Of a DNA stretch of 64,000 nucleotides, positions 38,235-50,467 are shown piece after piece. The DNA lies in the NCBI GenBank assembly GCA_023213395.1, contig CM041465.1, forward strand, positions 92,449,741-92,513,740. Reading direction: 5' to 3'. This stretch comes from Cycas panzhihuaensis. Its lineage: Eukaryota; Plantae; Cycadophyta. The notes under the pieces were generated by a model. The model saw only the letters and a list, made by a program, of their open reading frames with translations, was not told the DNA's origin and did not search any database. The translations under genes were made by a program, and so were the position numbers. How positions within the stretch are numbered: position 1 is the stretch's first letter; every line of letters starts with the position of its first letter.

Positions 38235-40469
38235 ACGACTGTTTAAAATTTAAAAAAAAGAGAAACCACGACGGTGGCGCGATTTTTCGCGAATCTGGCG
38301 TGGCTCTAACAGTTGGGCGCCCGAGGGCCCCCAACGTTCACTTGCTTCACTCAAGACATAAAAACCATTTTTTCATTCATTGGCATGATTCTTCACCTCA
38401 CTTTTCAAGTTTCCTAGAGCATTTTTCTTCACAAAGAGACAAAGAACAAAAACAGTGAGAAGAGACATCCTCCTACAATTGTGGATCGAGGTACAAAGGG
38501 TTGCTATTCTTTGGAGTTGCGGGGCCATTCACGCCCCTCAGACTCTGCTCTAAGCACTCTTCCTCTTCATACATTCTCAAGGCTTTCAAGAGGATTTTTC
38601 ACCAAGAAAGACCATCGCAAGGAGCCATTTCCAAGCTTTTGACTTGCATGAGGTTCCACTACCTTATTCTCTTGCAAGGGACATGCAACAACACCTCATA
38701 GGCATTGGTTGGACCGCACCAAGCTTCCAAGGACCTACATGCTCTCATTTCTCATCATTGGAGGTATTTGGTGTCCCTTGTTAAGTGCTTTTTTTGCTTA
38801 TTTCTTCATTGCTTACTTGCAAATCTTTTCCTCTCTTTGTGCATGTATTTCCTTGAGTTTCCCTTGATCATTTGATGCAAATAACAGTAGCGGTTGTGGC
38901 CCATTGAGTGTTGCCCTAGGCTAGGCCTAGTTTCTCACTTGCCCCCTAAACCCATCCTTTTCCTCCAACCCTTCTCTTTCGCCATTTCTTGGGCAATAGG
39001 CATAAAGGGTTACACGAGGGTTAGAGGGAGATAGGCGGGTTCTGTCCCCAGTCTTGATCCTACTCCCCAAGGGTTAGTCCTTATCCTCTCCCCTTTATCT
39101 CCGCTTTTGTTTAGGAAGCAGGGGCTAGAAGCTTTGGAGAGTCGGTTTGAATACCCGTCTTGGTATAGGCTATCCGTTGCTACACGACCGTCTGTTACAT
39201 GCTAGCATCGCTTCCCTTATATCCTGTGGAGACCTCGTGGGTGAGTTAGCCATCCCGAGGCTACACTCAATACCGTTTGGTGCGTTGGTGGTGTATGTCG
39301 ATTGCATATGTGTCGTGTGACTTCGTTTCCTTTCATTGCATGTTAGTGCCTAACCGTATCTTCCTAGCTTAGTTTATTTTACTTGCGGCACATATATACA
39401 TACCTTTTTGTATCTCGTAGCCTCTCTCTCGAGAGGAAGGTATTCGCTTATTTGCTTGCAGGAGGCGTTGAACAAAGGGCGCATAGGGTCGACCCGATTC
39501 TTGGGTCGACGCTTGTTTGGTACGTTCTCCCTTTTGTTTGTGTCGCTTTGAGCTTTATTATTTTATCGTTTCGGTTTAGTTAGTGTTTATTTGCTTTCGG
39601 AGGTAAGTGATCCCCCATCACCGCTTACCGACGTCGCATACGAGGAGGACGACGGGAGGAAGCGCCGTGTAAACCGGACACTGCGTCTCGGCCGCCGGAT
39701 CGGTATTCTCGCTCACCTTCCATACCCTTTTTCGTGCTCTTACGTTTCTTTACACTTGCTTTAGTAGTTAAAGAACATAAGAAAAAGGGAAGAAATAACT
39801 ATTTAGTTTGTACTTGCTTTTACTCTGCATTTACTTTACTTGTACATTTCTTTGCTATACCGCGTATTATGGTATTTGAGATCCTGTGACCGATCCCTCC
39901 TTAGCTCTTGCATATATTTTACGTGACACGTGCGGTTGGTTGCCCCCTTCGCTTTCTCATTGCCTTGAGAAGTAGCGGCGTGCGAGTTCCTTTTCCCTTC
40001 CGGCCATCCAAGGGTAGGAGGGCCTCGCCTTGCACGGCTACCTGGAAGCAACCAGGCACCTTGCGATCCGTGCACGCTCCGGCAAGACGGACGTCCCGCG
40101 AGGTATGATCCTCGTTCTTTAGCCTATTAGCCACGTGGTTTTGTGTCCTTCCGCTGGCGTTGGATCATTGCCCGTGGAGAGCGTTTCATGGCGACCATCT
40201 GGGACCGCCGATGAGGGAGCTAGATCCGCTTCCCTTCGTGTTGGTGCTCTTGCCTTTAGGTAGGCTCGCATTTTGCGTTTTGAGTTGGGCAACCCCAAGC
40301 GGGTTTGCGATCTTTCCTTCCTTTTCCTTTTCGCTTTTCTAACAACGCCGCGGGCGTTGCATGCGACGTTCATGGCGGCATGGGTTTGCCGTGTTAGAAG
40401 ACCAATCGTCGCGTTCATTCCATCGTCGAGCCCGTTTCGGCAATGGAAGGATACCCGTCCGATTGGGCC

Positions 40470-43430
40470 TACCATGCCATGACTTCGCACTCATGAGTTC
40501 CCTTCGTCTGATTCGGAATCCACCGTGAGGCGAGGATTCCATCTATTACCCTGATGACCATTTCCACCCCGAAGATTTTGAGCCTTCCACTCATGCAGCG
40601 GAAGACCCGGCTACTCGTGAGACCGCCACCCCACGGGCGAGCCTTACGAGGCGCCTGAGGTCCCCTACCTTCAAGTCCCTTGACCTCGTATGGCTATGAG
40701 GATACCCCTCCGAAGCCGGCCGAGGCGCTTGGCAGTACTTTCGGCGATTCGCCAACCGCCTCCTAGATGGTTAACGGAGATGCTACGCAACGTGGCGTCT
40801 TCCTCATCCATGCCCACGTCATCTACGACGGTTGATATGTCGCCGCGCACACACGTCCTATGCCGTGTCTACCCGGCTCTAAGGCGAGTGTTGCGTTTTG
40901 CTGATTCTAGTCGTGGTCCCACTTCCTCGGGGCCAGCGGCATCTTTCCCTCAACTCGGGGTTAGTATGCCTTGTTCAAACCAAACGCGTGCCACCGCCGA
41001 ACGTGGCGCCGCGCGTTTCCTAGTAGGCCTCGAGGCCTGCTTGGCCACGCCAGCCATGTAGGACCCATTCCTACGTATGTCCAGAACCCGGTTGGTGGTC
41101 CTTCTCTTTACGTGCCCCCAGGCTACACGTCACAACCTTGGGGGCAGGGCAAAGGAACCACCTCCTGTCTATGGAGTGGACCCGTTGCACCCATATGGGG
41201 TCGCGCAACCTACGGGTGGCCCATATGGGCAAAACCCGGTCCCTCACCCCTGTTCCGACGACCGGTAGCGACTCCTGCTGCTGCGGCACAAGGGAGCGCG
41301 CCTCCTTCCCAGAACATCTACCCGCACCCCCTTCCCACAAGGGTGTTTCCTCAAGGAGGATGGGACCGACACCCCATCCGTTCCTTTCTTGGGTTGTCGA
41401 TCCCTTAGCCTGAGCAAGGACACGTCCTTTCGTGGACTATAGGTCGACGCCTCTCTGTCCGTTGAGGCGTTGAGGACTAACTTGCCGCCTCACCCTCACA
41501 AGTCCCCAAATTTGATGGGACTTCGTCGCGAGACCCAACCGAGCATGTGCGTGACTTTTCCATGGCGTGCATTGACTATTGGGCCTCGACCACATCTTGA
41601 TGAAGCTCTTCCGCGATCCTTGCGGGCGGCCCTCAAGTGGTTCTACCGCCTTAGGCCCATTCGATCTCCTCATTCCGGTGACTAGTGGGCGAGTTCGTCA
41701 ACTATTTTGACGTAGCGCCCATTCGAGAGTGGAATGAAGGCGCTTTCGTCGCTCAAACAAGGTCACGATGAGATGAACCGTGACTTTGTGCGACGCTTTC
41801 TCGCCCTCCTCCACTCCACCAAGGCTACTTTGCACGGGAGTTGAAGAGGATCTCTTTGTCAACGCGCCGCCCAGGGTGCATGTGGAAGTCCTCAAGATGG
41901 GGGCAACCACATGCGACTCCGCCATCACGAGGTGTTTAGCTTTGGAGGCTATTGAGATCCAGGCAGGACTCAAGAAACCTCCTAAGCCCTCACAACGTCA
42001 TGAGCGCCTCCTCCGGTGAAGGAGACCACACCTTCGCGACCCAGGACCACCTCTCACCCGTGAGAGGACCCTAGATCCGCTTACCTCCATTATTCGCTCA
42101 TTTGAGCGAGCGATGAGAGCTAAAACTCCAACCTCCTTCGTCACCTACCTCCCATAGACACTGCTCGTGAGACTTCGTGCGATGCCCCCAAAGGGGGCAA
42201 CACCCAGTCTTCTCAAGCAAGGAGGATCGATCCTCCCCTTGAGAAGAGGTGGTGTTCTATCCACGGGGAGTGCTTCCATGACGGCAGCGTTGCGGGCCCA
42301 AGGCACACGCGATGCTCCGCCACGCGACTCGTCCCCTAGGCGAACGTCGAGGCCCAACCTCGACCAGCCCATTTATAGAGACCCGTTCCCCAAACATGGG
42401 GAACGTGGTCGCGATGTTCAGCAAAGATACAGTCAGAATCGGGATAGATCTCCCGATCCTCGCCCTTCGCATGGTAGAGGGAAGGGTGCGCGAAGGTCAC
42501 CTTCACCTTCGCGCTCCCCTGACCGCCGTGCTCCATCACCTTCGCGGTCCCGCTATAAGGGAAAGAAGGTTGTCCAATTGCTTGAGACCACCGGGTTATA
42601 TGCCTTAACTTGGGTCCCAGCCGTTAAAGAGGCATTGGTGCCTCTTCATCTACATCTCACCTTGATCCTCTTAGGGCCGGTTCCTCAGGAGATTCTGCGC
42701 TTCCCAAGACTATTCCCGTCGCCTTGGTCGATTCGACTTTAGAAGGGCGCTTACCCAACCCACGGGAAGGGTAAACCCTTTTCTATTGTTGACGAGCTCT
42801 ATACCGTCATGCGGGAATGTCCTTGATGGACGTCTTGAGAAGGCGCCCGAGCAACGTGCTCTTCTTCTTGAAGCTCTTGGCCAACAAGACGCTTCCATCC
42901 ATGCGATAGGTGCTACCTCCCATGGGCCACTGTCATCTCATTTGATCCCAGAGATCTCCCATCTCCCAAGCGGGAGAAGCTTTTGCATTACAGATTCGTC
43001 ATTACCATTGACACTCTGATTGTATCGTAAAGAGGACCATTGTAGATACGGCTCCTCGGTTAACGCTATACTGTCGTATGCTCAAGGAGCTAGGCATAGT
43101 AGCTCTTAGTCTGTCCTTGGAAATGCCAAGGGTATGATGGGGCGAGAAGTCCCCTGAGGCGATCTCCTACATCCCTCACCTTAGGAGGGAAAACCGTTTC
43201 TGTCGAGTTCTTTGTACTCGATGTCGATGTAGAGTACAACCTCTTGTTGGGCCGACCATGGCTCGACCCGGATGGGGCGATCTGCTCCACTCGGTGGGGC
43301 AACTTAAATTTGTCCATGAAGGGCAAGTTAAAGTTGTCGCCCGGTGAGCCAATCTTAGTCTCACACCTCTCATCCGACTGCCCGGTTGTTTTCGACGATG
43401 AAGATAGCGATCCCGAGGAGGTTACCCCTT
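40470..43430 (+). pseudogene. gag: Frameshifted gag-protease of element E
   Basis: The N-terminal part is homologous to ORF 62995-63867 (PPGYTSQPWGQG.GNHL..YGVDPLHPYG..P.GGPYGQNP). Gag core ~41560-41950, protease ~43030-43330. Confidence 0.78.
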
Positions 43431-44013
43431 AGTGGAACCTTTGTTTCGTGAGACCGGCCTTCATCGTCGAGCCCTATGCCATGTCATGAGCCAAACCTAG
43501 TTAGGTTTGCCCCTATTGGCGTGGGTGGTTACGGTTACTTAGCGCCATGAGTGATTTTGATTCGGATGGCGAGGGCTATGGGCCCTCTCCTCGACGTGTC
43601 ACCACGGTTTCGCGAGCACCTGGGGAATATCTCAATCGGATATTCCCGCTTCCTCATTCTACATTGGCTCCGTGTCACCGGTCTTAAACCGACCATTTAT
43701 TTTACTTTCTCGGCCCCGGGCGGTTTCACGTGGCGCCCACATCGGCGAGCCACTCGTGAGGCACTTCTTCTTCACGTTCTAGATCCTTACCTCGGACTAG
43801 AGCCACTCCTACTCGGATGCAACCTTGCCACTTGTTGTCCAGTGTGCCAAGTCATTGCACTCATCCAGTTCGACCATAGCAAGTTCTTGGTAGACCTAGC
43901 GATCTTGGACTCGCTCTTCGTCACCTATCTCCTACCTGCGTGTGACTACCCCTACCTTTATGGGGTCTAGGCACACCTCTTCCTCTCCTCGTGCTCAAAG
44001 CAGGCCTAAACTA

Positions 44014-44151
44014 CCATTTTAAATTGTTCCCATTCCTCCCAACCACGGGTGGAATGGCAATTTAAGATGGGCCGTCTCAAACGAGCCTAAACTACCATCT
44101 TAGGTTGTCCCCATTCCTCCTAACTGCGGGTTGAATGGCAATTTAAGGTGG
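44014..44151 (+). other. Two tandem 57-nt RNA hairpins (81-bp period) in the 3' region of E
   Basis: ccattttaaattg..ccattcc..ggaatgg.caatttaagatgg (44014-44070) and ccatcttaggttg..ccattc..gaatgg.caatttaaggtgg (44095-44151). Confidence 0.75.
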
Positions 44152-44955
44152 ATTTTTCTTCAGTTTCGCTTCCAGTTCCCCCCGCGGAACCCGCGTTCCC
44201 GTGAGCTCTTGGGGACCTCTGTCTTCCTATTTTGGGCACTCCCCAATTAGGGGCGGCTTGTGAGTATCGTTACTCCCCCTTTCCATGCTTGTCGTTTCCT
44301 TTGCACATTCCGCTATGCTCCCTCGTGGACATGTATGTCGCCCCATCCTCTAACCTCACACCTCTCGATCGCCTCTACTCACGGTGGATGTGCGCTCGTG
44401 TTAGACATATGGCCATACATGGAAGGAAACACCTGCATACTTTCAATAAGATATCTACAACAAAAAATCTGCATATCTACACATTTGCATTTCTAAAACA
44501 AACAAATATCTACAGCATATAAACATTTACAACATACAAAAATCATTCATTTACAAAATAAATCATACATGCTACCTCTATCATACATGGCACACCATTT
44601 CATGTGGAGGCTTGCCTGGCCAGCCCGTGCCCAGGTCTCTAGTTGCGGGTTAGTTAGATGCGCTTGCCATTTCTTTGGATGCCTGCTACTTCATATTGCA
44701 CCTTAGTAACAGGGCATCCGTCCTTCTTGCTTACGCCGATTTCAGCTCGATGTTTAGGCAGCGACGTGACCCCTACGTTGCCCACGTCTCTGTCGCTCTT
44801 GTCCACGCGTTCCGCCACGACACTTGCCCGCCCCCTTGGACCACGTCTTTGCTCTTTATTGTTTATATATATATGCATGTGCTACTCATGTTTCTCGGTT
44901 GACAGCATTCGCCATCACATTACGCTCTCAAGCAGTGAGGCTCTGCGCGAGGCGA

Positions 44956-47485
44956 TGTTTCCGGTATCGGGAATGGACTTCGACACATCGACCACGGGTT
45001 TGTGCGGTATATGCCTTTACTTTGCTTACTTATGATCGTTGCGATGGTGGGAATGGTTTGATTGACATGTGCCCGCCCATATGCACTGTTTGATTGCTTG
45101 TTCATTATGCATGTGCCTAACGGCACCTTTTAGCCTATGAATGACTCACGGTAGGGGCATTCATCGTGAATGCGACACCGTATGGCGTACAACCACCCAC
45201 AGCGTCTCCATGGTCTTTGGGATTCTTTTGCCACTGTTTATGCGTGTTACAAGCGTCGCTTATGTTGCAAACCCTTTCTAAGCTGGTTTAACCCTTAGTT
45301 AGGTCTTTTTGCCGTTTGAGCACATGCCCATGACTTAAAAGCGCTCTTGACTAATGTATTTTGAGTTTAATTTATGATTTTACCTTAAAACACGATTTCT
45401 TACTTTAATTTTACATTTTTGGGGTTTTGGTTCGTCTGCAGTAAATTAAGCGATCTGCAGAGTTTCAGGCGGTACCGGTGAGCCGCATGATAAACTTAGC
45501 GATAGCTAAGTTTATCGCTGACTGCTTAAAATTTAAAAAGAGAAACCACGACGGTGGCGCGATTTTTCGAATCTGGCGTGGCTCTAATCAGTTGGAGGCG
45601 CGGGGCCCCAAGCGTTCACTTGCTTCACTCAAGACATAAAAACCATTTTTTTCATTCATTGGCATGATTCTTCACCTCACTTTTCAAGTTTCCTAGAGCA
45701 TTTTTCTTCACAAAGAGACAAAGAACAAAAACAGTGAGAAGAGACATCCTCCTACAGCTGTGGATCAGAGGTACAAAGGGCTGCTATTCTTTGGAGTTGC
45801 GGGGCCATTCTGCCCCCTCACAGACTCCGTTCTAAGCACTCTTCCTCTTCATACATTCTCAAGGCTTTCAAGAGGATTTCTCACCAAGAAAGACCATCGC
45901 AAGGAGCCATTTCCAAGCTTTTGACTTGCATGAGGTTCCACTACCTTATTCTCTTGCAAGGGACATGCAACAACACCTCATAGGCATTGGTTGGACCGCT
46001 GCACCAAGCTTCCAAGGACCTACATGCTCTCATTTCTCATCATTGGAGGTATTTGGTGTCCCTTGTTAAGTGCTTTTTTTGCTTATTTCTTCATTGCTTA
46101 CTTGCAAATCTTTTCCTCTCTTTGTGCATGTATTTCCTTGAGTTTCCCTTGATCATTTGATGCAAATAATAGTAGCGGTTGTGGCCCATTGGAGTGTTGC
46201 CCTAGGCTAGGCCTAGTTTCTCACTTGCCCCTAAACCCATCCTTTTCCTCCAACCCTTCTCTTTCGCCATTTCTTGGGCAAGGCATAAAGGGTTACACGA
46301 GGGTTAGAGGAGATAAGCGGGGTTCAGTCCCCGATCTTAGTCCTACTCCCCAAGGGTTCAGTCCCTTATCCTCTCCCCTTTATCTCCGCTTTTGTTTAGG
46401 AAGCGGGGCTAGAGAAGCTTTGGAGAGTCGGTTTGAATACCCGTCTTGGTATAGGCTATCCGTTGCTACACGACCCGTCTGTTACATGCGCATCGCTTCC
46501 CTTATATCCTGTGGAGACCTCTCGTGGGTGAGTTAGCCATCCAGGCTACACTCAATCCCGTTTAGTGCGTTGGTGGTGTATGTCGATTGCATATGTGTCG
46601 TGTGACTTCGTTTCCTTTCATTGCATGTTGGTGCCTAACCGTATCTTCCTAGCTTAGTTTATTTTACTTGCGGCACATATATACATACCTTTTTGTATCT
46701 CGTAGCCTCTCTCTCGAGAGGAAGGTATTACCTTATTTGCTTGCGGGAGGCGTTCGGAACAAAGGCGCATAGGGTCGACGTTCTTGGGTCGACGCTTGTT
46801 TGGTACGTTCTCCCTTTTGTTTGTGTCGCTTTGAGCTTTATTATTTTATCGTTTCGGTTTAGTTAGTGTTTATTTGCTTTCGGGAGGTAAGTGATCCCCA
46901 TCACCGCTTGCAAGCGTCGCATCTGAGGAGCACGACGGGAGGAAGCGCAACCGTAGACGGACACCTGCGTCTCATTACCGCCGGATCCGGTATTCTCGCT
47001 CACCTTCCATACCCTTTTTCGTGCTCTTACGTTTCTTTACACTTGCTTTAGTAGTTAAAGAACATAAGAAAAAGGAAGAAATAACTATTTAGTTTGTACT
47101 TGCTTTTACTCGCATTTACTTTACTTGTACATTTCTTTGCTATACCGCGTATTATGGTATTTGAGATCCTGTGACCGATCCCTCCTTAGCCACTCTTGCA
47201 TATATTTTACCCGTGACACGTGCGGTTGGTTGCCCCCTTCGCCGCTTTCTCATTGCCTTGAGAAGTAGCGGGCGTAGTTTCCTTTTCCCCTTCCGGCCAT
47301 CCAGAAGGGTAGGAGGGTCTCGCCTTCTGCGGCTACTGGAAGCAACCAGGCACCTTGCGATCCGTGCACGCTCGGCGCCGCAGACGGACGTCCGCGGTAT
47401 GATCCTCGTTCTTTAGCCTATTAGCCCTGTGGTTTTGTGTCCTTCCCGCTAGGCGTTGGATCATTGCCCCGTGGAGAGCGTTTCA
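44956..47485 (+). repeat. 3' LTR of element E (~2.5 kb)
   Basis: Start inferred because tgtttccggtatcgggaatgga (44956) matches the first bases of element H (59959). Ends in CA at 47485. Confidence 0.72.
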
Positions 47486-50467
47486 TCCATATTATAATGT
47501 TCTGTGTAACATCTAAGAATTCTTTTAGTACATAACTACTGACTCTATTTTGGTGTTATTATGAATCTAGAAACTATGCTAATAATGTATGAAATATTTG
47601 GTCTAGTTGTAGTAAGTTAGACTAGACTACCATCTAATTATCAAAATAGAGCGTTGTTTATTAGCTTATCTTTATCATTTTGAATTATAAATTTAACTTC
47701 CATCTCCATGGGGATTGATGAAAACCTACTACCTTCTATTCTAAATTTCTTCAAAATCTCCCAAGTGTATTTAGCTTACGAAATAAAAATTATATAGGGC
47801 TTTGCCATACTTCCACTACAAGGAAGTAATGGAGTAAACTAAGATCTATCATTTCAAAGATTTTTATTAAATATTATTCTAGGTTTAATACCATTATGAT
47901 ATCATTCCTAGTGATCAATATATCATCTACATACACCATTATAATGGTTATAGATTTCTCCTAAACCTTTATATAAAGGTTTGAGTTAACTAGTGATTTC
48001 TCAAACCCATTTTTTTGAAAGTACTAATTAATTTTCTTATACTAAGCTTAAGGAGCTTACTTCAAATTATATAGGGCCTTTGTAAGTCGATATATAAGGT
48101 GCTCTTAACCTTTTTTAATGTAAGTAGATGGTTGCTTTATGTACACCTCTTCTAATGAAGCTAACTCAAGTTACTGATCACTTTCATCAAAGATGACATC
48201 TCGAGTTATATAAATCTTTATTATCTTTAATTTATAAACCTATAGGCTTTGCTTTCTTCACTATATCCAATAAGAATACACTTAGAACTTTTGTCATCAA
48301 ACTTATTTTACTTTTCCTTAGGTATATGCATATATTCAACACTCCCAAACACTTTTTTAATGGTTGACAATAAGCTTGTTTCTAGACTAAGCCTCCTTTG
48401 GTGTTATATTCCAAATCACTTTAGTTGGACTTTTGTTATTTAGATAAGTAGTTGTAGTCATTAATTTGGCCCAAAGGTGTTTAATAATATCTTTACTTTT
48501 CATCATGGATTTATCTTTTTCAACCAAGGTCTTATTCATGCATTTAATAAGGTCATTATGCTCAAGTATATAAGTTGTACTTAGCTGTCTTTAGATGCCA
48601 TGGTCATTGTAGTATTTATTGAATTCCTTTAATGAGTATTCACCTTTGTTATTGGACTTTAGGATCTTTAACTTCTAACTTGATTTGTTCTTGGCATGCT
48701 CCTTTAATTGCTTGAATACTTTGAAGATTCATGACTTATCCTTAATAGGATAAACCTAAACTTTCTTAGAGAAGTCATCAATAAAATATAGAAAATATTT
48801 GACTCTTTTAATTGATGTGATTGGTGTGGATCTGTAGATGTCATAGTGAACTAGCTCTAAGATTTTTATTGCTCTCCAAGCTTCAACTTTTAGAAATGGC
48901 TCTCGATGATACTTAGCCATGATACATAATTTACATATATATTATTTAGCATTAATTTTAGGAATACTATATATTATATTAAGTTTATACAAAAGTTGGA
49001 GACTAGGATAATTTAAATGACCTATCTACTCATGCTAGAGTTTAATTTTATTATTTACAGAGACATTAAAGGCCTTTTAGTTTTTAAAATTTCTATTTAG
49101 AATATAGAAATCATCAACTCTAATTCCTTAAGTAATTATTTTACCTTATTTATTCTAGATAATATATTTGTCATATCAAAACCTGATGTCCATGTCTTAT
49201 TTCTTAATGTAGGACATTGAGATGAGATTGGCTTTTAGTCTTGGAATATATAATACATTTTTAATGTAGATATTTTTATCTTCGAAAATGATAATTGGAA
49301 CTTCACTAATCTATGTTGCCTACATAATAGATTTATCACCTATAGTGATAAGTTCACCTGTTGTCTTCTTCCTATTAATAAACCATTTTAGTCTCCCTAT
49401 CATGTGACTAGTCACACTTGGATCGATAATCCAAATATCATTGGCATCATCTTTGACCAAGTATAATATTATAAAGAGTTTTTACCTCTTTTTAATATTA
49501 CTTAAGGAATAAGCACTAAAAAAACTGACTTAAGGGGCACTATTCCTCTTATTCAATTATTGAGTATACTATTATTGTTATTGTTGTCATTGTTTCCATG
49601 GTTGGTATTATTACTATTACTATTATTATTATTATTGGGGCAGTTGTTATTATGGACTTCTGTAATCCTTCTTCAACTATCCAATTCTTCCATAATTCTA
49701 ACATTTTACTTGTACTCTAGAATTGTCTCTCTAAACATTATATTGAAATGGTATAAAATTTTTCCTAGTGATGAAAGGTTATTTACCCTTAAAGTTGGAT
49801 GCCAATGTACTTGATGATTCTCTCATAATATATTTTAATCTCTATTCATGTAACTTTAATAATCCTTTTAACTCATTAAAGGTTAACTTAATGAGCTTTC
49901 TATTCAAACTTAGATTAGTAATAAATGTTTCATATAAAGTTGGTAGAGGTATAGTTACAATAATAACAAACTTTAGGTCTTCCACTAGTTTTTCCATTGA
50001 ACTTAATTATTTGGTAATCATCGTCACCTCTTGTAGGCGAATAAGCATGGGCCTTACTAGCTTGAGGTTACATAATTGATTCATTAATACCAATATTCTA
50101 ACATCATTATTAATTTCATATAACTTTATGATCATGTCCCAAGCTTATTTGGGTGTGGTCGTAGCAACCACATTCATCATCAGATTTTTTTACTAAAGAA
50201 AGGTTAATGAAAGCTAAAGTGATATTGAATCTTGTCTTTAAATGTTTTCATCATCTTGTTCTATTGGCATTGTGGGTTCATTCTTAACATATTATCATAT
50301 ATAATCAATATTTTAAAAAAATTACATATGATGTTTTTAGAGGGGAAAATTTTCCACCCTTATTAACTATATGGTTAGTAGACCCATTATATTATTATTA
50401 GCCATTGTATTTCATAATTTAACTTAGATTTCACCTTTCAATTAAAGAAGAGACACTTAGAACTAAT

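Larger units (their letters stand above)
38184..47485 (+). mobile_element. Element E: young Ogre/Tat-like Ty3/gypsy, gag-protease only, 5' LTR truncated
   Basis: 38184-40188 is repeated at ~45473-47485, both ending gcgtttca. tRNA-Arg-type PBS tggcgaccatctggga at 40189. Gag LMKLF..SL..ALKWFYRL, knuckle WCSIHGECFHD, IYRDPFPKH, protease TIVDT.SSVN and YNLLLGRPWL. No RT, RNase H or integrase motif seen. Confidence 0.88.
37508..50450 (-). mobile_element. Old Ty1/copia element (decayed gag-pol), interrupted by element E
   Basis: LTR edge cctaaca at 37694 plus PPT complement. RNase H (LVNILTK, HVCTKHIE, VDSRKST) at 37760-38180; RT (MVYVDDIL, EEVYIKQP) at 47490-48155; integrase and protease (WIIDPSVTSHM) at 48190-49440; gag to ~50405. 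Internal deletion between RDVIFDE and the RT. Left boundary approximate. Confidence 0.85.

Noticed and set aside
44248-44265. Alternative PPT and 3' LTR start for E (aggggcggct|tgtgag at 44259)
   Set aside because: Homology with the start of H begins at 44956, so that boundary is preferred. Not fully excluded because the PPT at 44956 is weak.
39836-47416. Many short ORFs on both strands within E
   Set aside because: Expected from high GC and frameshifted gag or LTR sequence; none shows an independent domain.
49560-49814. Leu-rich membrane-like ORF
   Set aside because: Antisense reading of an AAT-rich (Asn) linker in copia gag.
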